Positions 1 through 13,410 of a DNA stretch of 64,000 nt are shown piece by piece. The notes below the pieces were generated by a model. The model was not told where the DNA came from. It saw only the letters and a list, made by a program, of their open reading frames with translations, and did no database searches. The stretch is from Octopus vulgaris (lineage: Eukaryota): the NCBI GenBank assembly GCA_951406725.2, contig OX597831.1, positions 55,986,001 to 56,050,000 of the forward strand. The letters run 5' to 3'. The position numbers and the translations under genes were made by a program. The number at the start of each line of letters is the position of its first letter. The first letter of the stretch is position 1.

Positions 1-36
<36 letters not shown>

Positions 37-364
37 TGGTTTAATTAACCGCTTGAATTTTTTTTAATGCCATATAAAGAACAGTAAAGTATGAAGCTGA
101 TTCCTAATTAGGCTATGGCAAAAAGGACGCAAATGGTTAATCCATGCGCAAGAGATATAAATTATACAAATATCTGAACATAATGGTATTTAAATGGTGC
201 ATTGTAAGGTTAGATGAAAATAAATTCTTGGCAATGTGACTGCTAGATTATGTTGTAAAGGAGTTCGTGAGCGGTAAAATAGTGTTGTTACATTTAGAAG
301 ATGAGGATGTATTTGAGTTCTAATGTTCAGATAGATACAGTTTCAAGTTGGATTGTAGAATTAG

Positions 365-431
<67 letters not shown>

Positions 432-720
432 ATTTAGATTGCTTGAGGTTAGCTGAGGTATGTGTAGTGGAGACAAAATAGCTTTAGATAATTTTTCTTT
501 AAGATTTTATTATACTTATGCTCGAATGAGAAATGCTTAAGTAGGTGTTTCAAAATTATTTTTGCTACCACAGTGACTTGTAGAATGTATAATGATGGTA
601 CTATATAATAGGTCGCTTTCTGTGTGTGGTTGAAAGTAAGTAGTTTTCGATGTACTGTGCTTTATCTAAAAACCACTTTCATTGAGAGTATCGAGGCATC
701 AATATTAAAACAACGGTTAA

Positions 721-930
721 GGCGGATAGCTGGCATAATCGTGAAGACGGTCGAAATGCTTAGCGGCATTTCGTCCATCTCCACGTTCTAGGTTCAAATT
801 CCGCTGCGGTCGACTTTGTCTTTCATCCTTTCGGAGCTCGATAAAATAAGTACCAGTTGAGTACTGGGTTGATGTAATTGACTTACCCCTGAAATTGCTG
901 GCCTTGTACCAAAATTTGAAATCAATATTA
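721..930 (+). mobile_element. SINE family A, tail variant 1 (...gctggccttgtaccaaaatttgaaatcaat)
   Basis: tRNA-like head with B box gttcaaattcc, core tttcatcctttcgg...gataaaataagtaccag. Older copies at ~30850-31072(-), 49305-49506(-), 50190-50407(-), 54205-54415(+), 62570-62740(-). Confidence 0.8.
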
Positions 931-1213
931 GATGAATGGTCGGAAAGCCGTCACGTGATGTTTATCACTATAGTATTGATGATAATAGAAATATTAAAAT
1001 TACTAAGTCTCTCTAAAAGAGATTACGGCAGCGTTACTGGAAGTTAATTGTTATCGCCATATTAATATGGCAGTCTTATAGATATAAGACTAAAAGCTGT
1101 CGCTGATTAGCTCCATGAGGCCATCGCCTTAAGATAGCTATTTGACACACAAACTGTGTCCATTATAACCTTCGAACAAGGGAGGTCAGCCGCTTCACAC
1201 TGCCAGTCAGACA

Positions 1214-1256
1214 GCTACAGACGCGTTTCAGGGTATTTGCCCTTTGTCAATGTAGC
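1214..1256 (-). ncRNA. Degenerate type I minimal hammerhead ribozyme (PLE-type)
   Basis: RC reads GCUACA-UUGACAA-AGGG caaaua CCCU-GAAAC-GC-GUC-UGUAGC; stems I and II perfect, core mutated from CUGACGA. Confidence 0.7.
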
Positions 1257-1575
1257 GTCTCTGTTCGAAGGTATTGATAATAATTTGCAGGTAATTGGAG
1301 TTTATGCATGTAATGGGGAATTACGTAAAGTTTTTTTCTATAAGATGATTGCTGAAAGTTAAGCTGAATGTGACATCTAAAATATTTGCATCGTTGTTGT
1401 TCGATTCTACCATAATACGATATGCTAAATCCCTAAAAGATTCATAGAGATTTTCAGTGTATGTCTCTGTGTGTGAATTTGGAATATAAAGATTTGGAAT
1501 ACATGAACCGGGGTTATCACTAACTCCATTAGAATCTTTCGATTCCATACTTACATCAAGGAGTACATTCGAACA

Positions 1576-2087
1576 CCGTAAATCCTCGAGTATAATCCGC
1601 ATTTTTTCCCCAAAATTTAAAGGTCAAAATCCCTAGTGCGTACTATATACGAGGTTAGAAATGAAAATTATTTTCTAAGCAATGTCTGAATCTCTATTTG
1701 CTGTCCGGCAATGTTTATTCAGACGCATTTTGTGATGTCGGGTGCGAAAATACCTTAAGCTAAGCCTGAAAGCAATGAAGTCATAAAAGAATCATCCATA
1801 ACTTGCAATAAGCAACATTTATTAAACGTTGTTACTGTTATTTCTTTATTTTCTGCAAATAAAATGCACAAAAATGCTACACGTTTGCATTATGTTATAT
1901 ATACAATAATAATAAAGGACGTTACCGTATGCAGTTTTACAAACCAAGGACGTTATGTAGACCTCCTTGACTCAAGTTAGAGAAGGGGTGCATATTATAC
2001 ACAAGGTTTAGGTTTTTCAGAGGTACAGCCCCCTAAGAATCCCCTGCGTATTATACTCAAGGGCGGACTATACTCGAGGATTTACGG
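1576..2087. mobile_element. MITE, Tc1/mariner superfamily (pogo/Tc2-like)
   Basis: TIRs ccgtaaatcctcgagtataatccgc / gcggactatactcgaggatttacgg, TA at right end, subterminal repeats of gcgtaytatacwcragg. Confidence 0.8.
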
Positions 2088-4963
2088 TATACTTTTTAAT
2101 TGATTTATCGTAGTTTTATTTTTTTTCCGTATAAAATGATTTTGATCTTTTAATGATTGATGGGAGTTGATTTGTTTGATGAAATTCAGTGCAGGTAAAT
2201 GTAAGCTTTTGAAACAGACGGTGATAATCTTTTATGTCTAATTGGTGAAATCTAAAACTGTTTTCGTGTAGGATAGTTTTAAACCAGTGACTCACAACGT
2301 TCGTGCTATTCCACAAGCGTAAATCAAAATCTGTCTGAAATTTAGGAATAATGGCATCAAAAATGTGTTAGTTGGTCATACTTATAATTGTTCTAGCTTA
2401 TTTGCTAAATCTAGTGAAGGGATTGATTATGTGTAAAATTATCCTTATGGTCTTCGAATGTGAAATAAGTGTCTTGTAGCGAAATAATTCAACGCTGTCA
2501 TAGATAACATCTTGTTTTCCTTTGGACGTTAGTGTTGCTATCATTCACAACATCTCATTTAGTTTCTTTCGTAAGAACAATATTTAGTTTTGCCCGATTG
2601 TTCAAATTTGACGAAATTTACATTTTTCTTTTTCTTTTTTCTGTTACAGGAGCCTAAAAATATTAGTGGCGGTGTATTTTTTGGTAGACTGATCAAGATG
2701 TTGCTTCTGCTAGATTCAGCATTTTGTTAGTTGCTGTAGGTGGTCTATTACAAAGAGCGTAGTAATACTGAGTATTTTTTTTTTTCTATTTCAAACAAAG
2801 AACAATAATATAAAGAAAGAACTCGATACAAGCGTAGAGGAAGGTATTTATTCCGGCTGGGAATTTGATACATTTACTTTAAGATTCGCCTCACAATACT
2901 TCGATGTATATGAGAAAATTAAGAATAATTGCCAATATATTTATATTAGAAATTACTCAGAGAAGCAGCTTAAGTAAAAGATAAAAAGAACAGTTATATA
3001 TGTGCGTGTGTATGTATATATGTTTATATGTAAAGTGTGTATATATAATGTGCATGCAGTAGGTATGTATGTTATGTAATGTAATGTATGGATGGATGGA
3101 TTGATGGATGGATGGATGCATGCATATAGAGGACATTTCACTTTTGATGTGTATGTGTGACTTGTTTTGGCTATGTACTTTTACTATACTTTATGTGTAT
3201 GTATACTTTATGTGTGTGCGTGCGTGTATATGTGTGTGTGTATGTGCGTGCGCACATGTACTTGGATGAATTCTCTTACGATGTTGTTCAAAATAAAGAG
3301 TTCCAATTCGTGGGTTTCTCTTCCTAATTCATTTAAATTTTATTCTTTTGCTTAGCTTCAGTCATTTGACTGCGGCCATGCTGGAGCACCGCTTTTAATC
3401 GAGCAAATCGACCCCAAGACTTATTCTTTGTAAACTTAGTACTTATTCAATCGGTCTCTTTTGCCGAACCGTTTAGTTACGAGGACGCAAACACACTAAC
3501 ATCGGTTGTCAAGCGTTGGTGGGGGACAAATACACATACACACACACACTCACTCACTCACATGCGCGTGCGCACACACAAACACACACACACACATATA
3601 TATATATGTATGTATGTACGACGAGCTTCTTTCAGTTTCTGACTACCAAATCCACTCAAAAGGCTTTGATCGACCCGAGGCTATAGTAGAAGATATTTGC
3701 CCAAGGTGCCACGCAGTGGGACTGACCCCAGAACCATGTCGTTGGGAAGCAAGTTTCTTACCACACATCAGAATCTTTATAAATTTGCCTTTGTTCTTTA
3801 GTATTTTTTTTCCTTTTGTAATATATTTGTCTTCATCTAAGACTACGAATACGTTAATTATGTCACCTTTACACATTCTGCTGTTTCTTTTTTCTTTTTC
3901 GTTTAAAATTATGTGGGACTTAGGTAATTTCTTCTTAAATAATTGTTAGCAATTATGCCCGTATTTTTATTACGTTGTGAGTTCAAATTCCGCCGAGGTC
4001 GACTTTGCTTTTCATCCTTTCGAGGTCGATAAATAAAGTACCAGTTACGCACTGGGGTCGATGTAATCGACTTAATCCCTTTGTCTGTCCTTGTTTGTCC
4101 CCTCTATGTTTAACCCCTTGTGGGCAATAAAGAAATATATATGACATTCACCTCGGAGTAGCTCCTAAAATTTGTCAACTATCTTTTTATCTTTTACTTG
4201 TTTCACTCATTGGACAGCAGCCATGCCGAGGCGCCACCTTAAAGAGTTCAGTCGAACAATTATTCCCAGAAACGTAAAGATAACACCGGTTGTCAAACGA
4301 TGGTGGAAGGCGTTACAACCACAATGATAGCTCACACATGGATATATACACAAACACGCACACACGCACACACACACATATTTATACTTTACATACACAC
4401 ACATACATACATACATAAATACATACATACATACATACATACATACATACATACATACATACATACATACATACACACATGTTGTTCATGTTGAAATTCC
4501 AATGAAAGAGCCTTGGATCTAGGTTAGAAACCGGCTCTTTCACTATTGGCAAGAAATCTTGAAATAAAACTGAACAAGGACATACATACATACATACATA
4601 CATAAATACACACATACATATATACATACATACATACATACATACATACATACATACATACATACATACATACATACATACATGCATGCATGAACGCTTA
4701 CATACCTACATACATACATACACATACATACATACATACATACATACATACATACATACATACATACATACATACATACAAGTTAGTCTTCCATGCGGAC
4801 AGTTACCGTCTATCAAATTCACTCGCAAGGTATTGGTCGTCCCTGGTACTTATTCTATCTTGTTTCTTTTGCCAAACTGCTAAGTTGCGGGGGCGCAAAC
4901 ACACCAATATCGGTTGTCAAGTGGTGGGTGGGGACAAACACAGACAGAAAGGTACACATATGG

Positions 4964-5023
<60 letters not shown>

Positions 5024-5685
5024 GGACTTCTTTCAGTGTCCGTCTACCAAATCCACTCACAAGGCTTTGATCACCCCAAGATAATAATGGAAGACACTGG
5101 TCCAAGGTACCACCCAGTGAACTGAACCCGGAACCATGTGGTTGGGATGCAAGCTTCTTACCACACAGTCACGCCTTTACTTATATTACTTTATCTATGC
5201 GTCTTGAAAGGCGGGTTTATACTTTATCGAGTTCTGAGAACATGTAACTTCTTATAAATATATTAAACTGGATTATCAGCTTTAATCTTCGGCGGCAAAA
5301 TGTCGGTTTCTGTTTTCCATCTCCTGAATTTAAGGCCGAATTCTTCCAGATATGTATAGAAAACACGACTGTAAAAGACATGTTTATTGTTGGCTTGTTT
5401 TGTTTGCTTGTTTGTTCGTTTATTGGTTTTGGTTCTTTACTTGTTCAGTCATTAGACTGTGGCCATGCTGGGGCATCGCCTTGAGAAATTCTAGTCGGAT
5501 GAAACGCCCCCAGTACTTAATTTTTTTTTTAAAGCCTGGTACATTTTCTATCGTCCTCTTTTGCCAAACCGCTAAGTTACGGGCACGTAAGCACACCAAC
5601 ACCAGTCGCCAATCGGGGGTGTGCGACAAACACGGACATACATATATACATATATACATACATATATACGACATATATATATATA

Positions 5686-5914
5686 GGGCGGCGAGCTGGC
5701 AGAAACGTTAGCACGCCGGGCGAAATGCGTAGCCGTATTTCGTCTGCCGTTACGTTCTGAGTTCAAATTCCGCCGAGGTCGACTTTGCCTTTCATCCTTT
5801 CGGGGTTGATAAATTAAGTACCAGTTACGCACTGGGGTCGATGTAATCGACTTAACTCCTTTGTCTGTCCTTGTTTGTCCCCTCTATGTTTAGCCCTTTG
5901 TGGGTAGTAAAGAA

Positions 5915-5916
<2 letters not shown>
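5686..5916 (+). mobile_element. SINE family A, tail variant 2 (Tx1-like tail)
   Basis: Full head ggcggcgagctggcagaaacgttagc, tail gtctgtccttgtttgtcccctctatg...taaagaaata; other copies at 3960-4137(+) and 36155-36290(-). Confidence 0.85.
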
Positions 5917-5979
<63 letters not shown>

Positions 5980-7769
5980 CATAAACCCCAATGTAATCGG
6001 TAGGATTATGCACGCATCTAATTTTACAAGGACAACTAGTGTATAGTTATGCAAATTATATTGAATTGGAACGATCGTACTGAAGAGTCTACGGACGAGA
6101 AATTACGTAAGTAATTATTGGTAATTGACGAGATCGATCTACGATTAATTCTGTATTTTGTATATTTTCATCTGTCTTACCAGCTTATGTTCTGGTGCTT
6201 GCTGAATTTCTCTAGAGAACATTCTTTTCTTTGTAGTTAGATCGTATGCGATCTATTTCAAACATATTGGATGTCCACTTAGTCAGACTCAGTTCAGAGT
6301 ATTTGTCATTCCAGCGACCGCGCTAGATTGCGTAACGTATAATAAATACTCAATTCAAAGAGCACTAGTTTCCGGGAGGAAGTACAGTCGATTAAATCGA
6401 GCCCAATACTTGAATAGTGTTCGTTTAATGGTTCCTGAAAAAAGGACATGCGAAGTTGACTGTGGCAAGATTTGAACTCAGAAAGTAAAGAGTTATAACT
6501 AAATACCGAAGTTATTTAGTCGGGCTCTCTGCCGATTTTTCTATACAGCGCCGATAATTAGTTGTATAACCGATGAACATCTTGGTTTGCTGTGCTAAAT
6601 CTAAGTCCATTTACCTGCTTAAGTGTGAAGGCGCGTGGCCAAGTGGTAAAGGTGACGCACACACGATCGAAAGTTCGTGGTTTCGATTCCAGGAGCAGGC
6701 AGTACGTCGTGTTCTTAAGCAAAACACTTCATTCCACCTTGCTCCAGTTCACTCAGCTGTAAATGAGTAACCCTGCAACAGAATGGACTCCCGTTCACTT
6801 ATACACATGGGAAACCGGTAACCGACACTATAGGCCCTTGGATACGAGACAAAAATATCCAGATTTAGGTCCGATATCTTGCAATTCAATGATTTTGCGT
6901 TACTCTTCCCGTTACTCTTCGAAAATCCTACAGATGATTTCGGGCTCAATCCCACTGCGTTACACCGCACCACGGGCAAGTGTCTTCAATAGCCTCGAGC
7001 CGACCAAAGCCTTGTAAGTGGATTTGGTTGATGGAAACTGAAAGAAACCTGTCATGTGTGTATGTGTGTGTGTCCCCCACTATCGCTTGACAACCGATGT
7101 TGGTGTGTTTACATCCCCGTAACTTTAGCGGTTCTGCACAAGAGACCTAAGTTCCAGACATAACAAAAAATATGTACTGAGGTCGATTCATTCGAGTAAA
7201 ATTATTGAATGCAGTGCAGTAGCCTGGCCGCAGTCTAAGTAAAAGAAAGATAAAAGTTAAAAGATTCTTTGACATCAAGAATCTCTAAGGACTGCTCTGC
7301 ATATTTTTAACCAGTTCCAAGAAGTTTTACCCATGTGTACTTACTATCGTTGATGTAAATTTTGATATCATGGTAAAATGCAGAATAATTCTTCGAGTGG
7401 ATTAATTATATAAATCTTTGTTACTCTTCTCCGCACTTCTTTCTCAATTTAGGTCATGACTTTCGTTTTAACACTGTATCTTAGAATATTTAGCATTAGC
7501 GTAAGGGCAACAATATAATGCGAAAACTGGCAATTTATATGATTAATTACAGGAAACGAAGTCAACAACAAACGGTAAGATACAATAACAACGGCGGGAA
7601 AAAAGAAAAAACAATGCGCATTTTTAAGCAAAACCTATTCTTCATCATAACAAGCCTTACCTATTTCTCTAACGTTTGTCTTTCAGTCGAGTTTAAGGCT
7701 AGAGGGTCTAATTTAGAATTACAATGTTATCTTTCTTAATCATAATGGATGGCAACGTTAAATGGGAAG

Positions 7770-8131
7770 GTGCTGCTGCTGTTGCTGCTGCTGCTGCTGT
7801 TGCTGATGATGATGATGGTGAGGAGGAGGAGGAGGAGGAGGAGGAGGAGGAGGAGGAGGAAGAGGAGGAGGAGAATGATGATAGTGGTAATTGCGGTGAT
7901 TGTGGTGGTGGTGGTGGTGGTGGTGGTGGTGGTGGTGGTGGTGGTGGTGGTGGTGGTGGTGGTGGTGGTGGTGGTGGTGGTGGTGGTGGTGGTGGTGGTG
8001 GTGGTGGTGGTGGTGGTGGTGGTGGTGGTGTGGTGGTGGTGGTGGTGGTTGGGGGGGGGGGGCACGATCGTGTTGGTTGTTGTTAGGTCGATGATACTTA
8101 CAAATGATGTTGATTAGCCACTGATTAGTAA

Positions 8132-8198
<67 letters not shown>

Positions 8199-8232
8199 GA
8201 TGGTGGTGGTGGTGGTGGTGGTGGTGGTGGTG
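7770..8232. repeat. Compound trinucleotide microsatellite (GCT/GAT/GAG/GGT, then TAG/GGT)
   Basis: Directly visible. Confidence 0.95.
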
Positions 8233-8345
8233 GAAAGTGCAACATCCTATTCGGCTCCGGGTCTGCATTTTCTTGTAGAAACAGGTGTGAGCTAATGAGG
8301 ACGATTACGTGCTTCCTGTGTTTTCCTGTCATTGATATATATCCA

Positions 8346-8384
<39 letters not shown>

Positions 8385-8507
8385 GTGTTACTTGTCCTGT
8401 TTTCCTATTTTTCTCATTGTTTTCGTATTTAACTCATTTATTTTCGTATTTCATGTTGTTCACTGTTGGTGACATCCTGTACCTAAATATGCACATATAT
8501 ATATATG

Positions 8508-8557
<50 letters not shown>

Positions 8558-8571
8558 CATACATACATACA

Positions 8572-8604
<33 letters not shown>

Positions 8605-9050
8605 GCTTCTTTTGGCTTTCTTTACACGTATACTCGGCCGGTGGTCGGAAGTAAGGTAAAAGATGACTCGTTCGAGAAAATAACATTCTTCCACTGTTCT
8701 AGGGACCAATCCTGCAAGTTTTTACTCCACTCTAAACGCTTTGCAACGTTTGTTTTTGAAAGTAGTGGTTTTCTGATTGCAGCCCTCCCGTGAAATCCGG
8801 CTTTGTGCAGCTCCTGGCGAACAGTTTTTATGGAAACTAGGTTCTCGAGGTGGTCATTAAACTCTGCATTTAGGAGCTGTACTTTTGTGATCCCTTCTAA
8901 CAATTCGCATAAGAGTCCGACGGTCCCTATCTGAAAGTTTTGATTTTCTTCCTGAGTTTTATTTCGGCGAGGTTTTCCCCTCTTTCTCAAAGGATGTCAT
9001 TACTTTTGAGACAGAATTTCTTAATAGACCAAACATATATATACCTTTGA
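8605..9050 (-). mobile_element. Tc1-family transposase remnant
   Basis: SGRKSKLSDRDRRTL, TVRQELHKAGFHGRAAIRKPLL and WKNVIFSNESSF motifs; truncated with stops. Confidence 0.85.
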
Positions 9051-9687
9051 TATACGAGTACTATTTTTGCAATCATGTGCGTACTTGTGTGAGTGTGTGG
9101 GCGGGGGGGCGTGCGAAACAATATATATAGTAATTGCACAGACGAACGGAAAACAGGCACAGAAGGTCCCCAATTCCTCATCAGTTATCGTCCAGTGGGT
9201 CTGATGCTATTTGTGCAAAAGTTAACTCTTTTGAAAATGTCAGGAATGACTACGTTCAAGAAGTCGAATTGTTGTGGCGAAATAAAATTTAATTTAAAGA
9301 AACCCTTCCATATGTAGGCAAACACAATTATATGTCGAATGTATTTAAGAGAATTGATGAAAATTTTATTAAATCCTTTTAATGGTCTAATTTAATGGAG
9401 ATATTCCAAGTGAGCAAAAAGCCAAATTTTGTATTTGGATCAATTGAAAGGACTCCGTAAACCCAAATATTGGCAGATAACTGGATATAGTTCCAATTGA
9501 AAGCCTCAGCAAAACCAAATATTGGCAGATAACTGAATATAGTTCCTATATCACTGTTACCACCATGTTTGATGCAATCGACCCATCCATTTTCTCTGCC
9601 TACTATTCCTGGGAAGATCATAAGGGTACAGTGGCCCGGGAACAAAATTTGTTTAGGGGGTGCAAACTCAGTTCCAAAATTTGACAC

Positions 9688-10291
9688 TACTAGAGAAGTG
9701 TGGATCCGAGTTCTGGGAGTGTGCATGTCACAAATTTGCGCATGCGAACGCGTTAGTCGTAAGTAATCCATTTTAGCACGCAGGTAAGCAACGAGACGCG
9801 CGCTACTTGCTGTATATGGAGGGTGGGTTATCCATCTAATACAAGAAGAAAATTGCAGATAAATTGAATAAAAACATGAAAAATAACAAAATGATATTTC
9901 ATTGAAAAGTAAACCATTCTGAAAGATAGTTTTCAAAACATTCATCTCCAGGTTTTCTCATATTTTATTAAGGATTAGGGGTTAGGGTTTAGGGTTTTTG
10001 TTTTGTTTTGTTTTTATGACCGGGTCAAACGCTTTAGTTTGATCGTTTAGGGTTAGGGGAGCTGAATGTTTTTACAGTATTCAATGATTATTTTTCACTT
10101 TTATATTCAATTTATCTGCAATTTTCTTTTTGTATTACATGGATAACCCCACTCCATTTACAAGTAGCGCACATCCACGCGTCTCGTCGTTTGCCTTGTG
10201 AGCTAAAGTCGACTACTTGCAATTAACGCGCGCGTACGCTCAAATTTATGACATGCGCACTCTCAGAATTCAGGTCCACACTTCTGTAGTA
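9688..10291. mobile_element. Non-autonomous DNA element with ~200-bp TIRs and internal TTAGGG-like repeats
   Basis: tactagagaagtgtggatcc...aattgcagataaattgaata versus tattcaatttatctgcaatt...gtccacacttctgtagta. Confidence 0.78.
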
Positions 10292-10859
10292 CCCAGTTTT
10301 TTTACAAACAAGGTGAAGTTTTCTAATTTGGGTATCAAAACAAACAAATATTCAATAATAATAACTTTTATTATTATGAGGATCGACTGGAAAATTAACA
10401 GGCTGACCAATATATTCTCATCGAATGTAACCAAATGAAGTTCATTTTTAAATATTAGAATCTTTTCTGCTCGATTTCACCTTCAAAAATTTTTTAATTA
10501 AGCGAAAATTTTTTAATTAAGCGAAAATTTTCAAATTTGATACATTGGTGTAATTTTTCACGTTGAATCTGATGCTGTTCACTTATTCCAGAAATACTTT
10601 AGAAAACTGTGACAGAGGTTTAAAGTTTGATCATTTTCCCCTCAATCAGAGAGGATGTGGAAGCTGGCATTTTGTACAAGGTGACAACATTACAATGTTA
10701 AAACACTCAACGATGGAAGTTTTAATAAAGTTTTGTGAAATGTTGGATAAACATACTGTTGGTTTAGTTCATGTGAACAATACGCATTTTTGAAATTGGA
10801 ACAAAATTGAGGCAATTGAAAAGTGAAAATCAAACAGAAAAGATCATCTACATACTTCT

Positions 10860-10969
10860 TTCAGGGATTCATTGCTTCGATTGCCTTGGAAAAGAAGCTA
10901 TCCTCTTAGTTAAACAAGTTTTCAACAGCTGATAAGACATCATCACTATGATATTGGTTCCTAACCGAG

Positions 10970-11054
<85 letters not shown>

Positions 11055-11430
11055 GGGGATATAGATAATAAGATGAGGTCAAATCACTAAAGTAGGAAGG
11101 GTGGCTTAGCAGTTCAAAGCCAATCACACACAGCAGCCATCGAAACCAATTACTTGTGCACTGGAAATTTCTATGAAAGAAAAACTTACTGCACAGTTTT
11201 CCTTGCGTTTGGCCTTGATAGCCTTTCGCAACTGCCTTAGAAAGGTGGCACAGTACAGCACTCTCCATTGATGGTGAGAGCCTTTTGAAAGTAGTCAATA
11301 AACATGATCTTTTTTGCAATCTAAAATACTGAGGCCATTACCTTACCTGCAGATTAAACAATCTTGATGACCTTCTTTAGAGTAAGTGTTGAGGAGTGTC
11401 TCCACGGTTAGATTATCTCTTATTCTCTAA
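10860..11430 (-). mobile_element. mariner transposase remnant with (TA)n expansion
   Basis: HPSYFSDLTSSYY (YSPDLAPSDY-like) and YHSDDVLSAV; same family as 34381-35637. Confidence 0.7.
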
Positions 11431-11689
11431 CTCAAAATGATGAACCCAACACATTTAAGGAAACTGGATTTGCCTCAAGCAATGTCAGATATTCTTGTGA
11501 TGTCATCAGGGAGTGTGGAGACAAGGAAATAAAGGTAGACAGGATGCAGTTGACAGCGATAATAAGAGGAAGAAATGAAGATGAGTAAAGAGAGAAAAGA
11601 AGCAGATATGTGAAGAGAAAGACAAGTAGAAATAGATAGGGAATGTTTTGCAAACAAGAGGGGAAGTAAGCCGAGAGGAGCAGGATAGA

Positions 11690-12060
11690 AAATTAAGACA
11701 ATATCGGCCAAATGTTGACCGCTGAGTACCTAAGGACCTATCAGAAGCAACCATCCTTACACTTTCTGGCTGGATTCTCAAGCGTGACCAATTGAGACTG
11801 TGGATATTATCCAATCATCTCGCTCTTTGTCTACTCCCTAGATCTCCTGTCGGTTCGTTTAGCTTCAAGTATCCATCTTGCGATTCTTTTCTACGGCGTT
11901 CTAATCACATGTCTGTGGTACAAGAGCTATGTCCTCGCAACGCGAAATAGCGGCTTGGCCTCGAGAGACCTCTTGATGCAAGTCGTATTTAGTTTGAATA
12001 TCATTCTACATGCTCTGTTCCTTGAGAAACATCTGATCTTACAGATCTCAGCTCATGTTA
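11690..12060 (-). mobile_element. RTE-clade LINE 3' remnant
   Basis: RC encodes HVIRTP..RIARWILEA...LDNIHSLNWSRLRIQPESVRMVASDR. Confidence 0.55.
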
Positions 12061-12358
12061 ATTCCTTGAAGGGAGTATAATGAGAATTGTTTCAAATATT
12101 GGTTTCAAATTTTGGCACAAGGCCAGCATTTCGATTACATCAATCTCAGAATTCAATTGATATTTATTTTATCGCATTCAGAATGTAAAGACGGACGAAA
12201 TGTCTCAAAACATTTCAGCCAGCGGAGTGGCTGTGTCCACATGGTTCCGGGTTCAGTCCCACTGCGTGGCATATTCGGCAAGTGTCTTCTGCTATAGCCT
12301 CGGGCCGACCAAAACCCTGTGAGTGGATTTGGTAGACGGAAACTGAAAGAAGCCCGTC

Positions 12359-12403
<45 letters not shown>

Positions 12404-13124
12404 TGTATTTGTCCCCCCAACATCGCTTGACAACCGATGCTGGTGTGTTTACGTCCTCGAAACTTAGCGGTTCGGCAAAAGAGACCGACAGAATAAGTAC
12501 AAGGCTTACAAAGAATAAGTCCTGGGGTCGATTTGCTCGACTAAAGGCGGTGCTCCAGCATGGCCACAGTCAAATGACTGGAACAAGTAAAAAAGAGTTA
12601 AAGAGTATTGATACAGACCCGTTGTTGCGATGTAATGCATACATCACAAACATTTCATTTTTTTGTTTTTTGTTTTTTGTTTTTTCATTTACGTTAAAAC
12701 CTCTAACATTTCTATGCAACGATCATTCATATATCCCTGCTAAATAAGTGAATCGTGCATTACGGGGCTGCTTTGCGAATGAGAAATACTTTTACACGTA
12801 CAATAAACACTATGACAGGAATGTAGAATGGTGGGTAAGTAGATGAGAAAACAATTTAGCTAAGTAAATACAGCAAACAAAATTCTGACTGAATTGCAGA
12901 ATAAATATGTCCCCCTCCCCTCTCATCAATTTCTATACTATCTTCTTTCATTCTCTTTCACACACTTACACACCTGCGCGCGCACACACAAATACATATA
13001 TACATACAAAAATGCATACATGTATTCATACATACACGCATGCATACAAAAAAATAAACAAGCCAGCAAAGAATAATCATGTGTTACATCCTGGGGTAAA
13101 TGGGTTATTGTATGTAGTATGTAG

Positions 13125-13410
13125 TGGAGGCGCATGGCTCAGTGGTTAGAGCGTCGAGCTTACGATCGTGAGGTTGTGAGCTCGAATCCCGGACCGGGCT
13201 GCGTGTTGCGTTCTATAGCAAGACACTTTATTTCACGTTGCTCCAGTTCACTCAGCTGTAGAAATGAGTTGCGACGTCACTGGTGCCAAGCTGTATCGAC
13301 CTTTGTCTTTCCCTTGGATAATACTGGTGGCGTGGAGAGGGGAGGCTGGTATGCATGGGCGACTGCTGGCAGACTTGTGCTCTCATGACCGAAGGGGGTC
13401 TTTACCCTTT
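13125..13410 (+). mobile_element. tRNA-derived SINE family D
   Basis: Head tggctcagtggttagagcg...ctcgaatccc, core gctccagttcactcagctgtagaaatgagt; related copy at ~6625-6850. Confidence 0.72.

Larger units (their letters stand above)
1160..2900 (-). mobile_element. Decayed Penelope-like retroelement (RT remnant followed by a pLTR-type hammerhead), interrupted by a MITE
   Basis: Minus-strand remnants TFEDHKDNF (~2440), WNSTNVVSHWFKTI...FHQLDIKDY (2200-2316) and ANILDVTFSL (~1370) match PLE RT motifs in the correct order; hammerhead downstream on the same strand. Confidence 0.72.

Noticed and set aside
7724-8332. Poly-G/E/V/T/W ORFs
   Set aside because: Trinucleotide repeat artefacts with no splice or homology support
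9379-9945. 188-aa ORF
   Set aside because: Spans TIR and repeat sequence; no recognisable motifs
9970-10060. Telomere or chromosome fusion site
   Set aside because: Only a few units, internal to a TIR element
13125-13200. Possible tRNA gene (also ~47377 and ~6625)
   Set aside because: No proper acceptor stem and it continues into a SINE body; these are SINE heads
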